Origin: Betaproteobacteria bacterium
Lineage (GTDB): Bacteria; Pseudomonadota; Gammaproteobacteria; Burkholderiales; SG8-39
Length of the DNA: 50,859 nt
Direction of reading: 5' to 3'
Assembly: GCA_005883675.1 (NCBI GenBank)
Contig: VBCM01000194.1
Location: forward strand, 1-50,859
In this document: one piece after another, positions 40,250-50,859 of the stretch
Layout of the letters: every line of letters starts with the position of its first letter
How positions within the stretch are numbered: position 1 is the stretch's first letter
Position numbers and translations under genes: made by a program
Notes under the pieces: model-generated
Told to the model about the DNA's origin: nothing
What the model saw: the letters and a program-made list of their open reading frames with translations, nothing else
The model's database searches: none

Positions 40250-42715
40250 TACGCTGGCGGTGAGACCGGGCTCGAGCTGACGCAGCTCGGCCATGGCCTT
40301 CCGGGCTTCCTCCAGCCGCCCGGTGAGTACGAACGCTGCGACGAGCGTACGCAAGCTCGGCGTATGCAATCGATTCTCCCGCAAGGAGCGCATCGACAGC
40401 TCGATGGCCCGGTCGTACTGCTCGGCGACCAGATGCGCCATGCCCGCGAGCGAATCGAAGTAATACATCATCGGATCGAGCGGCGAGAGGGAAAGCGCCT
40501 GGTCGGCGCACTGCACTGCTTCGGCGCCGCGCCCGCGCCAGGCGTGGGTGATCGCGCGGTGTAGCCAAGCCAGGGGCTCATTCGGATTCGCGGCGATCGC
40601 CTGAGCTAGGCGCTGTTCGGCGGCGTCAAGGTCGTGGAGCGACCAGGCGGTGACAAACCCGTCGACCGCAAGGGCAAGCGCGTCCTCGGGGTCGCAGGCT
40701 AGCGCGCGTGCTGCGCAAGCGGTGGCGTCGGCGAAGTCCTGCGCCGGGGCTTCGCTCATGCCGGCGAGAACCCGCAAGATGTGCCATTTCGCAAGCCAGG
40801 CATGCGGCGCAGGCGACACCGGGTTTCGCGCGATCGCCGTCTCGAAGGCTTGGCGTGCGGCGAAGAAGTCGTCGCGAGACTGGCGATGCATCAGTTCGAC
40901 GCCGCGAAGTGTCATGCCGTAGGCGTCGAGCTCATCGAAGCTGGTGATGCGGGCGCGGCGCAGCTCGATTGAGCGCACTACGGGGGTGACGCTCTGCACC
41001 ACCTTGCGCGCGAGCTCGCCCTGCATGGCGAACATGTCCGCAAGATCGCCCTCGAATCGCTCGCTCCATACGATCCTGCCGTCACGCGTATCGGCAAGCT
41101 CCGCCATGAGGAGGGCCTGCGCCTCGGCGGTCTGGACGCTGCCCGAGAGCACGTACTGCACGCCGAGCATCTCGCCGATCGTGCGCACGCCGAGCGGCGC
41201 CCGCCGGAAAGCCATCGTCGAGAGGCGAGAACTGACGAAGAAATCCGGCACCCGCGACAGCACGGCGATGGTCTCATCGGCGAGCCCGTCGCCGATGAAG
41301 GCAAGCCGCATGTCGTCGCTGCGTACCTGGAACGGAATCACGGCAAGCGATGGGCGGCCGTGCGCGCGCACGGCGGCGCTCGGCGTGGCCGCGTCGGCGT
41401 GCGCGGCGGGCCAAAGCCGGAACGCGCGCTCGGTGCGGCTGCGGTTGCGCAGACGCTGCTCGCCCAGGTCCTCGACAGAGGCGTCCACCCCGCTCGTGAG
41501 CTGGTCGCGAACCGCGGCCGAGACGATGGTCTCGCCGGCATTGGCGAGCTCCGCCAGGCGCGCGGCAACGTTGACGCCGTCCCCCAGCACGTTGAACGTC
41601 TCGACGATCACATCGGCGACGTGAATGCCGATGCGCAGCCCGAGCGGCTGTGCGTTGCTTGACGCGTTGGAGCGCGCCAGCTCCTGATGCAGTTCTAAGG
41701 CGCAGCGCACCGCCAGCGAGGCTTCGGTGAATTCAGCGAGGAAGCCGTCGCTGAGAGTGCGCGACAGGCTGCGGCCGGCGTGCGTCGGAATGATCTCAGC
41801 GGTGGCGTGGGCGAAAAAAGTGCGCCAGCGCTTGAGCGTGCGCTCCTCATCGCGCTCCATGAGACCCGCGGCATCGATGGCATCGGCGACCAGCACCGCG
41901 CGCCGCAGCCGCTGCGGGCCCCAGGTGGCGATATGGCGCAGCTCCTCTTCCGGCGCCGGCGCGCCAGACGCCTGCTCGGCCCGGGCCTCGCCGGCGAGCC
42001 GCTCGAGCGCACTCAAGTCGCGCAGGACGAGCGCGCGCCCCTGCCGCTCGACGAGGCCCTGGCGCGCCAGCCGCGAAAGCTCGCGCGTCACTTCGGAGCG
42101 CCCGGTGCCGACGCGGTCTGCAATTTCCCGATGGCTTGGCGCGCGTTCGATGCGCGCCGCGTTGTCGGCCGTGCCCGCGGCGCGCGCCATGCGTAAGAGC
42201 TCGCCCAGCACGCGGTCCTGCACGCGTCGCGCGCCGAGCTCGAGCAGCCGGGCGGCGAGCTCGCGCACCGACCCGGTGAGCCGCCGCAGCAGGCGCTCGC
42301 GCACCGTGGGATGGTTGGCGAGGATGGCGCGGAATGCTTCCGGCGGCATCGAGGCGAGCAGCGATTCGCGCACTGCCAGCACGTCAGCGAAGTGGCTGCG
42401 CCCGTCGATCGCCGAATGCTCCCCGAACACGTCGCCCGCCGGCACGTCGCGCAGGATCAAGGTGCGCCCGCGGGCGGCCGGCGCGGCGAGGCGCACCACG
42501 CCCGAGATTACGAAGTAAACGTCGCGATCGGTGCCCTCGCGCCGGATGATGACGGCATTGCGCTTGCAACGCGTCCAGGTGCACTGCTGCGCGATCTCGC
42601 GCAGGCTCGCCGTGTCGAGGCCCTTGAAGAGCTCGACCTTCTGCAGGCCGAGCAGGGCGGAAACGCGCGCCGCGGGCTTGTCGCCTGCCTTGCGCCGCGC
42701 TCGCGCCGTCACCAT
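40166..42715 (-). CDS. Fusion of cNMP-binding + Crp-HTH, class III nucleotidyl cyclase, TolB-N-like and TPR domains
   Basis: GDVFGE; HREIADRVGTGRSEVTREL HTH; AVLVAD, SDGFLAEF, LRIGIH and GDGVNVAARL; PSLAVIPF and LGVQYVLSGSV; TPR helices (ALACDP, AIAANP, ALSLSPLDP). Confidence 0.85.
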   Translation of the reverse strand: MVTARARRKAGDKPAARVSALLGLQKVELFKGLDTASLREIAQQCTWTRCKRNAVIIRREGTDRDVYFVISGVVRLAAPAARGRTLILRDVPAGDVFGEHSAIDGRSHFADVLAVRESLLASMPPEAFRAILANHPTVRERLLRRLTGSVRELAARLLELGARRVQDRVLGELLRMARAAGTADNAARIERAPSHREIADRVGTGRSEVTRELSRLARQGLVERQGRALVLRDLSALERLAGEARAEQASGAPAPEEELRHIATWGPQRLRRAVLVADAIDAAGLMERDEERTLKRWRTFFAHATAEIIPTHAGRSLSRTLSDGFLAEFTEASLAVRCALELHQELARSNASSNAQPLGLRIGIHVADVIVETFNVLGDGVNVAARLAELANAGETIVSAAVRDQLTSGVDASVEDLGEQRLRNRSRTERAFRLWPAAHADAATPSAAVRAHGRPSLAVIPFQVRSDDMRLAFIGDGLADETIAVLSRVPDFFVSSRLSTMAFRRAPLGVRTIGEMLGVQYVLSGSVQTAEAQALLMAELADTRDGRIVWSERFEGDLADMFAMQGELARKVVQSVTPVVRSIELRRARITSFDELDAYGMTLRGVELMHRQSRDDFFAARQAFETAIARNPVSPAPHAWLAKWHILRVLAGMSEAPAQDFADATACAARALACDPEDALALAVDGFVTAWSLHDLDAAEQRLAQAIAANPNEPLAWLHRAITHAWRGRGAEAVQCADQALSLSPLDPMMYYFDSLAGMAHLVAEQYDRAIELSMRSLRENRLHTPSLRTLVAAFVLTGRLEEARKAMAELRQLEPGLTASVLEARYPGRDTPQARRFIAALVEAGLPR

Positions 42716-42750
42716 GAATTGACTTTACCACCGACTATAATGGGCGCCCG

Positions 42751-42996
42751 ATGGACACGCTCGCGCGCATCAAGGATCTCGCCGGCAAGGAGTTTTCGCT
42801 CGATGCGCAAGCGCTCGACCCCGGCGCGCCGCTCGACAAGCTCGGCATCGATTCGCTCTCTTTCATCGAGTTCATGTTCAAGGTCGAGGAAGAATTCGGC
42901 GTCAGCGTGTCCGACGAGGACCTGAAGGGCATCAGGACGCTCGGCGACCTGGAGCGTCATATCGCCGCCGCGCTCACTGCCGCCGGCAAGGCCTGA
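42751..42996 (+). CDS. Acyl carrier protein
   Basis: LGIDSL phosphopantetheine Ser motif and EEEFGV; 81 aa, acidic. Confidence 0.9.
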   Translation: MDTLARIKDLAGKEFSLDAQALDPGAPLDKLGIDSLSFIEFMFKVEEEFGVSVSDEDLKGIRTLGDLERHIAAALTAAGKA

Positions 42997-43004
42997 GGCA
43001 CAGC

Positions 43005-44237
43005 ATGACGCAACGCCGCGTCGCGGTCACCGGGGCGGGCGTAGTCTCGCCCCTGGGTTGCACGCTCGAGGATTTCCACCGCGCGCTGTGCGACGCGCGG
43101 CCGGGCGTCCGCCGCCTCGCGCCCGAGATCGTGCAGGGCTCGGGCGTGCAGGTGGGCGCGCTCACGGACTGGAAGCCCGCCGCGCTCCTTGCCGAGGGTG
43201 AAGCCGCCAATCTCGACCGCGCCACGCAGTTTGCGCTGGGCGCGGCGGCACAGGCGCTCGCGGCGAGCGGTCTCGACATCGCGCGTGGGCCCGAGCGCGT
43301 CGGCGTTTATTGGGGCACGGGCCTCGGCGGCGCCCATACGCTGGAGACCGCCTACAAGCAGATCTACGCCGCCGGTCAATGGCGCACGCGCCCACTCACG
43401 GTGGTGATGGCGATGAACAATGCGGCGGGTTCCAACGTTGCCGTACGCCACGGCCTGCGTGGGCCATTCGCAAACTACGCCACCGCCTGCTCTTCGTCGG
43501 CGATGGCGCTCGGCGAGGCGATGCGCACCATCCAGGCGGGCCGCGCCGACGCCATCGTCGCCGGCGGCTCGGAAGCGCTGCTGACGCCGGCAACGCTCGC
43601 TGCATGGCAAGCGCTGCGCACGCTGGCGCCGGCGGATGCGGGAAACGCGGCGGCAAGCTGCAAGCCTTTCGACCGGCGGCGTAACGGGCTCGTGCTCGGC
43701 GAGGGCGCCGCGGCGTTCGTGCTGGAGGACTACTCGCGCGCCGCCGCGCGCGGCGCGCCCATACTGGCGGTCCTCACGGGCTACGGCAACTCGTGCGACG
43801 CGGTGCACATATCGCGGCCGGACCGCGACGGCCAAGTACGCGCCATGCGTGAGGCCCTCGCCGAGTCCACGCTCGCCCCGCACGCCATCGGCTACATTAA
43901 CGCGCATGGCACCGCCACGGCGGTCGGAGACGTGGTGGAAGCCGAGGCCATCAACGCGGTGTTCGGCGAGGCGGCGGCGCAGGTGCCGGTGAGTTCCACC
44001 AAGTCGCTGCATGGCCATTTGCTCGGCGCTGCGGGCGCTCTCGAGTTTGCCGCGGCGCTGCTGCCGCTCCTGCGCGGCTGGCTGCCGCCGACCGGATTTC
44101 TCGAGGACCCCGATCCCGCTTGCAAGCTACGCCACGTGGCGCTGCGTGCCGAACGGGTGAATCCGCCAAGCGCCGTGATGTCGAACTCGTTCGCCTTCGG
44201 CGGCTCGAACGTCGTGCTGATCGCGGAACGCGCCTAG
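43005..44237 (+). CDS. Beta-ketoacyl-ACP synthase II (FabF-like)
   Basis: RRVAVTG.G, TACSSS (catalytic Cys), NAHGTAT, KSLHGHLLGAAG and SNSFAFGGSN motifs. Confidence 0.92.
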   Translation: MTQRRVAVTGAGVVSPLGCTLEDFHRALCDARPGVRRLAPEIVQGSGVQVGALTDWKPAALLAEGEAANLDRATQFALGAAAQALAASGLDIARGPERVGVYWGTGLGGAHTLETAYKQIYAAGQWRTRPLTVVMAMNNAAGSNVAVRHGLRGPFANYATACSSSAMALGEAMRTIQAGRADAIVAGGSEALLTPATLAAWQALRTLAPADAGNAAASCKPFDRRRNGLVLGEGAAAFVLEDYSRAAARGAPILAVLTGYGNSCDAVHISRPDRDGQVRAMREALAESTLAPHAIGYINAHGTATAVGDVVEAEAINAVFGEAAAQVPVSSTKSLHGHLLGAAGALEFAAALLPLLRGWLPPTGFLEDPDPACKLRHVALRAERVNPPSAVMSNSFAFGGSNVVLIAERA

Positions 44238-44704
44238 TAGCTAAGCTCCGGCCGGACGTAGCACTTGAATTCCACCACGTTGCCCGACGGGTCCACCACC
44301 ATGAACGTCTGGTGCTCGTGAGCGCTGTTCGGGAATCGCAGCGCGGGCCGCACGAGGAACTTGATGCCGAGCTTCTCGATGTGCGCCTTCATGCGCGCGA
44401 AATCCTCCATGCGCAGGAAGGTGAGTCCGTGATGCCGGGGGTAGGCGCGCGGATGGGGCTCGATCGCGCGACGCTCGAGGTGACAGACGAGCTGCAGTAC
44501 GCCGCCGAAGCTGAACGTGACGCGGTCCTTGAGCATGCGCACGGGCCGCGCGCCGAGGACCTGCGCGTACCAACGGGCGGTCTCCTCGAGATCGCGGCAG
44601 GGGATGGCGACGTGCGCGATATAGCGTCCGGCCGCTACCGGCGTGTTGTCCAGCAATCCCGCGACCGGCTCGACTTGCGCAGACTCGATGAGCTCTTCGG
44701 CCAT
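44234..44704 (-). CDS. VOC/glyoxalase-fold protein
   Basis: HVAIPCRDL, HHG and VDPSGNVVEFK motifs; ATG at 44704. Confidence 0.85.
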   Translation of the reverse strand: MAEELIESAQVEPVAGLLDNTPVAAGRYIAHVAIPCRDLEETARWYAQVLGARPVRMLKDRVTFSFGGVLQLVCHLERRAIEPHPRAYPRHHGLTFLRMEDFARMKAHIEKLGIKFLVRPALRFPNSAHEHQTFMVVDPSGNVVEFKCYVRPELSY

Positions 44705-44750
44705 GGCGCAAGTGTGCCGCCCTGGGGCGAAGCGCGTCGTTAAAAGGTGT

Positions 44751-44826
<76 letters not shown>

Positions 44827-44853
44827 GTGCCGGGTGCTGCGGGGAAGGCGCGG

Positions 44854-44859
44854 ATTATA
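44854..44859 (-). promoter_or_regulatory. Probable -10 box of the tRNA-Phe promoter
   Basis: TATAAT followed by a GC-rich discriminator (CCGCGCC), about 28 nt upstream of the tRNA; no clear -35. Confidence 0.55.
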
Positions 44860-44868
44860 CCCGCCGAC

Positions 44869-44905
44869 AAAAACGAAAAGGGCCCATCGCTGGGCCCTTT
44901 CCGTT
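44869..44905 (-). terminator. Intrinsic terminator of groESL
   Basis: AAAGGGCCCA-N4-TGGGCCCTTT hairpin (44877-44900) followed by a T-rich tract on the minus strand, just after the groEL stop. Confidence 0.85.
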
Positions 44906-44935
44906 GACTGCGTTACTGCGGACTGCGTTACTGCG
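44906..44935. repeat. Perfect 15-bp tandem duplication GACTGCGTTACTGCG x2
   Basis: Direct repeat between the groEL stop and its terminator. Confidence 0.8.
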
Positions 44936-44937
44936 AG

Positions 44938-46906
<1,969 letters not shown>

Positions 46907-46950
46907 GCTGGCTCCCAAATTGAAAAAATGATGTATTACAATGGCTTGCG

Positions 46951-48435
46951 ATGCTAAGAACTCTCAAAATCCATAAGCCGGCTACTGTTAGCACTCGGCT
47001 CGGACGAGTGCTAATGATAGCCGCGGCGCTGCTCGCTTTCAAGGCCGCCGCGCAGGACCTGCCGCGGCCGGTGCGGCAGGGGCTGCGCACCGCCGGCGTC
47101 CCCGCCTCGAGCGTCTCCGCCTGGGTGCAGGAGGTCGGAGCGCCGCGACCGAGCGTCGCAGCGCGGGCCGACACGGCGATGCACCCGGCTTCGGTGATGA
47201 AGCTCGTGACCACGTACGCCGCGCTCGAACTCCTGGGCCCCGCGTACCGCTGGAAGACCGAGACCTATGTCGACGGCGAAGACCTGTTCCTGCGCGGCTA
47301 CGGCGATCCGAATCTCAACTATGAGAGCTTCTGGCTGCTACTGCGCAATCTGCGCGGCCGGGGGCTTCGCGAGCTGCGCGGAGACGTGGTGCTTGATCGC
47401 AGCTACTTCGGCCCGGCCCAGTACAGCGCGTTCGACAGCGAGATTTTCCGTCCTTACAACGTCACGCCAGACGCGCTGCTCGTCAACTTCAAATCGCTGC
47501 GCTTTACCTTCATTCCGCAGGGCGATAAGGGCGTACGCGTGTTCGCCGAGCCGGCGCTGCCCGGACTCGAGATCGTCAACCAGCTAAAGCTCGGCGATGG
47601 CAGCTGCCCGGACGGCAATCGCGCGTTTCGCGAGCTCATCCAGGCGTCGTTCCAGTCACAGCCGCCCCGCGCGAGCTTCGCCGGCACTTATCCGCTGAGT
47701 TGCGGCGAGCGCGACCTCAATATCGCGCTGCACGACCCGCAGGATTATGTCGCCGCGATGATCCGGCAGCTCTGGGGCGAGATGGGCGGCACCTGGTCAG
47801 GCAGCGTGCGCGACGGTGTCGTGCCGCCCGGCGCGCGGCTCCTGTACGTGCACGAGTCCGAGCCGCTCGGCGACATCGTGCGTGACATCAACAAGTTCTC
47901 GAACAACGTGATGGCGCGCCAGCTCTTCCTTACTCTGGGTGCGGAGCGCGGCGGCCCGCCGGCGCGTGCCGAGGAAGCCGCGCGCGCCATCAAGGAGTGG
48001 ATGGCGGCGAAGAAGATCGACGCGCCGGAGCTCGTGCTCGAGAACGGCTCGGGCCTCTCGCGCACCGAGCGCATCAGCGCCCGGCATCTCGCCACGCTGC
48101 TCGCCGCCGCGTGGCGCAGCCCGGTGATGCCCGAGTTCGTGTCCTCACTTCCCGTGGTGGCCGCCGACGGCACGATGAAGAAGCGCCTGCGCGGCGAGCG
48201 CGTGGCAGGCAGCGCACATGTCAAGACCGGCTTGCTCGCCGACGCGCGCGCCATCGCGGGATATGTGCTCGACCGCAACGGGCGGCGCCATGTCGTGGTG
48301 ATGATCGCCAACCATCCGAAGGCGCCAGAGGCCGACGCCGCGATGGATGCGCTCCTGCAGTGGGTGTACGACTCGCCTACAGCCCCAGCTCGGCCCATAA
48401 CGAATCGACCCGGCGCTTCACCGCCTCGTCCATGA
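46951..48435 (+). CDS. dacB: D-alanyl-D-alanine carboxypeptidase/endopeptidase PBP4 (S13 family)
   Basis: PASVMK (SxxK), KFSNN (SxN), ENGSGLSR and KTG motifs; signal peptide; start at 46951 or 47014. Confidence 0.93.
   Translation: MLRTLKIHKPATVSTRLGRVLMIAAALLAFKAAAQDLPRPVRQGLRTAGVPASSVSAWVQEVGAPRPSVAARADTAMHPASVMKLVTTYAALELLGPAYRWKTETYVDGEDLFLRGYGDPNLNYESFWLLLRNLRGRGLRELRGDVVLDRSYFGPAQYSAFDSEIFRPYNVTPDALLVNFKSLRFTFIPQGDKGVRVFAEPALPGLEIVNQLKLGDGSCPDGNRAFRELIQASFQSQPPRASFAGTYPLSCGERDLNIALHDPQDYVAAMIRQLWGEMGGTWSGSVRDGVVPPGARLLYVHESEPLGDIVRDINKFSNNVMARQLFLTLGAERGGPPARAEEAARAIKEWMAAKKIDAPELVLENGSGLSRTERISARHLATLLAAAWRSPVMPEFVSSLPVVAADGTMKKRLRGERVAGSAHVKTGLLADARAIAGYVLDRNGRRHVVVMIANHPKAPEADAAMDALLQWVYDSPTAPARPITNRPGASPPRP
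46988..47014. promoter_or_regulatory. CIRCE element (HrcA operator)
   Basis: Perfect TTAGCACTC-N9-GAGTGCTAA upstream of groES. Confidence 0.96.
47014..47042 (-). promoter_or_regulatory. groESL promoter, -35/-10
   Basis: TTGAAA-N17-TATCAT on the minus strand, abutting the CIRCE. Confidence 0.75.
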
Positions 48436-49840
48436 CGATCGGCCGGCCCCAGCGCCGCTCGCTCTCGCCCGGCCATTTGTTGGTGGCGTCGATCCCCATC
48501 TTCGCGCCGAGGCCGGAGACCGGGCTCGCGAAATCGAGGTAGTCGATCGGCGTACGCTCGGCGATCAGGATGTCGCGCGCCGGATCGACCCTCGTGGCGA
48601 GTGCCCACACCACCTCCTTCCAGTTGCGCACATCGATGTCGTCGTCGCAGACGATGATGAATTTCGTGTACATGAACTGGCGCAGGTAGCTCCAGATGCC
48701 GAACATCACGCGCTTCGCGTGCCCCGCATATTGCTTGCGCATGCTGACGAGCGCGAGCCGGTACGAGCAGCCTTCGGGCGGCAGATAGAAATCCACGATC
48801 TCGGGGAATTGCTTGGCGAGCAACGGCACGAAGAGCTCGTTCAGCGCCATGCCGAGGATCGCCGGCTCGTCGGGCGGTTTACCGGTATAGGTGGAGTGGT
48901 AGATCGCCGAGCGCCGCGTCGTGACGCGCTCGACCGTAAGCACCGGGAAGCGCTCGACTTCGTTGTAGTAGCCGGTATGGTCCCCGTGCGGGCCCTCGTC
49001 CGCGCTGTCACCGGGCCGGATCGTTCCCTCGAGCACGATCTCGGCGCTCGCCGGCACTTGGAGCTCGCTGCCCAGGCACTTCGCGAGCTCGGTGCGCGCG
49101 CCGCGCAGGAGCCCGGCAAACTGGTATTCGCTCAGGGTATCGGGCACCGGGGTGACCGCGGCGAGCATGGTCGCCGGATCGGCGCCCAGCGCCACCGCCA
49201 CGGGGAAGGGTTCATCCGGATGCGCGAGCTGGTGGTCGCGGAAGTCGAGCGCACCGCCGCGATGCGCGAGCCAGCGCACGATGATGCGGTCCGGCGCGAT
49301 CAGCTGCTGGCGGTAAATGCCGAGGTTCTGCCGCCGCTTCTGCGGCCCGCGCGTGACGGTCAGCCCCCAGGTGATGAGCGGCCCGGCATCCCGGGGCCAG
49401 CACGTCTGCACTGGCAGCTTGCCCAAGTCGACGGCGCGTCCTTCGTGCACGATCTCCTGGCAGGGCGGCGACGAGCGCTCCTTCGGCGCCATGTCGAGCA
49501 CGCGCTTGAACACCGGAAACTTGTCCCACAGGTCGCGCAGCCCGGTCGGCGGCTCCGGCTCTTTGAGGTACGCGAGCACCTTGCCGACTTCACGCAGCTC
49601 GGCCGCGTCTTTCGCGCCCATCGCCGCCGCGACGCGCGACACCGTGCCGAAGAGATTGGCAAGCACCGGCGTGTCGTAGCCCGCCGGGCGCTCGAAAAGC
49701 AGCGCCGGCCCGCCCGCGCGCAGCACGCGGTCGCAGATCTCGGTGATCTCGAGGCGCGGTGAGACCGGTACGCGCACGCGCTTGAGCTCGCCGCGCGCTT
49801 CGAGCTGGGCGATGAATTCGCGCAGGTCGCGATAGCTCAC
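48377..49840 (-). CDS. ubiD: 4-hydroxy-3-polyprenylbenzoate decarboxylase
   Basis: [35 protein letters not shown] and KMGIDAT motifs. Confidence 0.96.
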   Translation of the reverse strand: MSYRDLREFIAQLEARGELKRVRVPVSPRLEITEICDRVLRAGGPALLFERPAGYDTPVLANLFGTVSRVAAAMGAKDAAELREVGKVLAYLKEPEPPTGLRDLWDKFPVFKRVLDMAPKERSSPPCQEIVHEGRAVDLGKLPVQTCWPRDAGPLITWGLTVTRGPQKRRQNLGIYRQQLIAPDRIIVRWLAHRGGALDFRDHQLAHPDEPFPVAVALGADPATMLAAVTPVPDTLSEYQFAGLLRGARTELAKCLGSELQVPASAEIVLEGTIRPGDSADEGPHGDHTGYYNEVERFPVLTVERVTTRRSAIYHSTYTGKPPDEPAILGMALNELFVPLLAKQFPEIVDFYLPPEGCSYRLALVSMRKQYAGHAKRVMFGIWSYLRQFMYTKFIIVCDDDIDVRNWKEVVWALATRVDPARDILIAERTPIDYLDFASPVSGLGAKMGIDATNKWPGESERRWGRPIVMDEAVKRRVDSLWAELGL

Positions 49841-49847
49841 ACGAGTC

Positions 49848-50384
49848 CTACCGGGCTGCCGCCATCAGACGCTCGGCAGCCATCTCGGCGAAGTCGAGAA
49901 GCAGCGTATCGCGCCCACGCACCGAATAGGCGCGCTCCGCGCCGCCGAGAACCAGCGTGAGCGTGGTCGCGCCGCGCCAGCCGAGCACGCCGAGCGCCGC
50001 GCCGCCGAGCGCGGCGGCGAGTGCGATCGCCGGCAACACCGCGGCCACCCCTTCGATGAAGCGAAACAGGCTATAGAGCGCTCGTCCCACGCCCTGGGCG
50101 CTCGCCATCATCTCCTGCGCCGCGCCGTGCGAAAGGCTGCCGATCGGCGCCGCAATTGCGAGCAGCAGAAGCGCGACGATCACCAAGGCGACGCCCCAGC
50201 CGAGACGGCGGGAATCGCGCTCGAAGGCCACCTTGAGCGCCGTGATGCGCGAAAACGGCACCGTCTCCACGTGCGAGTCGCTGCGGTGCACGAGGTAGCG
50301 CGGATAGAGCATGAGCTGCGAGCCGCGTTGCAGCCCGTTGGTGAAATCAAAGCGCAGGAGCGGCGTCTGCGCGTCGTCGCTCAT
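49848..50384 (-). CDS. Hypothetical membrane protein with two TM segments
   Basis: ORF fills the ubiA-ubiD gap, ATG overlaps the ubiA stop, two hydrophobic helices. Confidence 0.7.
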   Translation of the reverse strand: MSDDAQTPLLRFDFTNGLQRGSQLMLYPRYLVHRSDSHVETVPFSRITALKVAFERDSRRLGWGVALVIVALLLLAIAAPIGSLSHGAAQEMMASAQGVGRALYSLFRFIEGVAAVLPAIALAAALGGAALGVLGWRGATTLTLVLGGAERAYSVRGRDTLLLDFAEMAAERLMAAAR

Positions 50385-50859
50385 GCGATGGCGAAGCTCG
50401 CCACGATACCGGCAAGGACCGCCGCGCCGACCCAGTTGTTGTGCCGGAAGGCCTTGAAGCAGCCCTCGCGCGTACGCGCGCGAATCAGCCGCCAGTGGTA
50501 AAGCGCCATCGCCGCGGCGCCGCCGAGCCCGACGTAGTAGGGCCAGGCGAGCGCGCGCAGCGCCCCCACCGACGCCAAGAGCGCGAGCATCAGCGCGTAG
50601 CTCGCCATCACGGCGGCGAGATCCCAGCGGCCGAGCGTCAGCGCCGAGGTGCGGATGCCGAGCTTCGCGTCGTCGTCGCGATCCACCATGGCGTACTCGG
50701 TATCGTAAGCAAACGCATAACCGACGTTGGCCGCGAGGAGCAGCCAGCACTCGGCCGGCAGGCGCTCCTGGGTGGCGGCGTAGGCCATCGGAATGCCGAA
50801 GCCGAAGGCGATGCCGAGATAGAGCTGCGGCAGCGCGAAGAAGCGCTTGCTGAACGGAT
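50381..50859 (-). CDS. ubiA: 4-hydroxybenzoate polyprenyltransferase, C-terminal part (5' end beyond window)
   Basis: AYDTEYAMVDRDDD..LGIRTSA and CFKAFRHNNW motifs. Confidence 0.94.
   Translation of the reverse strand, partial: PFSKRFFALPQLYLGIAFGFGIPMAYAATQERLPAECWLLLAANVGYAFAYDTEYAMVDRDDDAKLGIRTSALTLGRWDLAAVMASYALMLALLASVGALRALAWPYYVGLGGAAAMALYHWRLIRARTREGCFKAFRHNNWVGAAVLAGIVASFAIA

Noticed and set aside
42719-42741. TTGACT...TATAAT as a full sigma70 promoter for the ACP gene
   Set aside because: The spacer is only 11 nt, so only the -10 box is credible. The same applies to TTGAAA-N11-TACAAT before dacB.

Overview
GC-rich betaproteobacterial chromosome segment (Burkholderiales/Nitrosomonadales-like gene order), very compact. 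Most of it is housekeeping: glyQS-gmhB-plsC-M48-gloA; rsmA-pdxA-surA-lptD; amgK-murU-pepP-ubiH; dusB-fis-purH-purD-hemF; hemY-hemX-hemD-hemC-algR-algZ; argH, two cNMP-domain Ser/Thr kinases and a fructosamine kinase; grxD-prmC-prfA-hemA; tRNA-Phe, groESL with a perfect CIRCE, dacB, ubiD and ubiA. An accessory block (about 32.4-44.7 kb) lies between hemA and the 3' end of tRNA-Phe. It holds a histidine kinase/response regulator/c-di-GMP phosphodiesterase operon and an ACP-FabF pair. It also holds the best candidate for an undescribed system. This is a 59-aa basic peptide (38370-38549, hidden inside a longer ORF call) with two copies of D-x-R-x-[VI]-R-[YF]-GGGSMP-x-x-LR, followed by a DUF6065-like protein and an EamA/DMT transporter. 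These three genes converge on a Crp-HTH/class III cyclase/TPR fusion protein, and a CRP-like palindrome lies upstream of the peptide. This looks like a RiPP-like or peptide-signalling module (inference). Three or four conserved genes (plsC, algZ, argH/kinase 1, possibly rsmA) show short deletion-like junctions that may be assembly errors. Family assignments come from motif recognition; no database searches were run.
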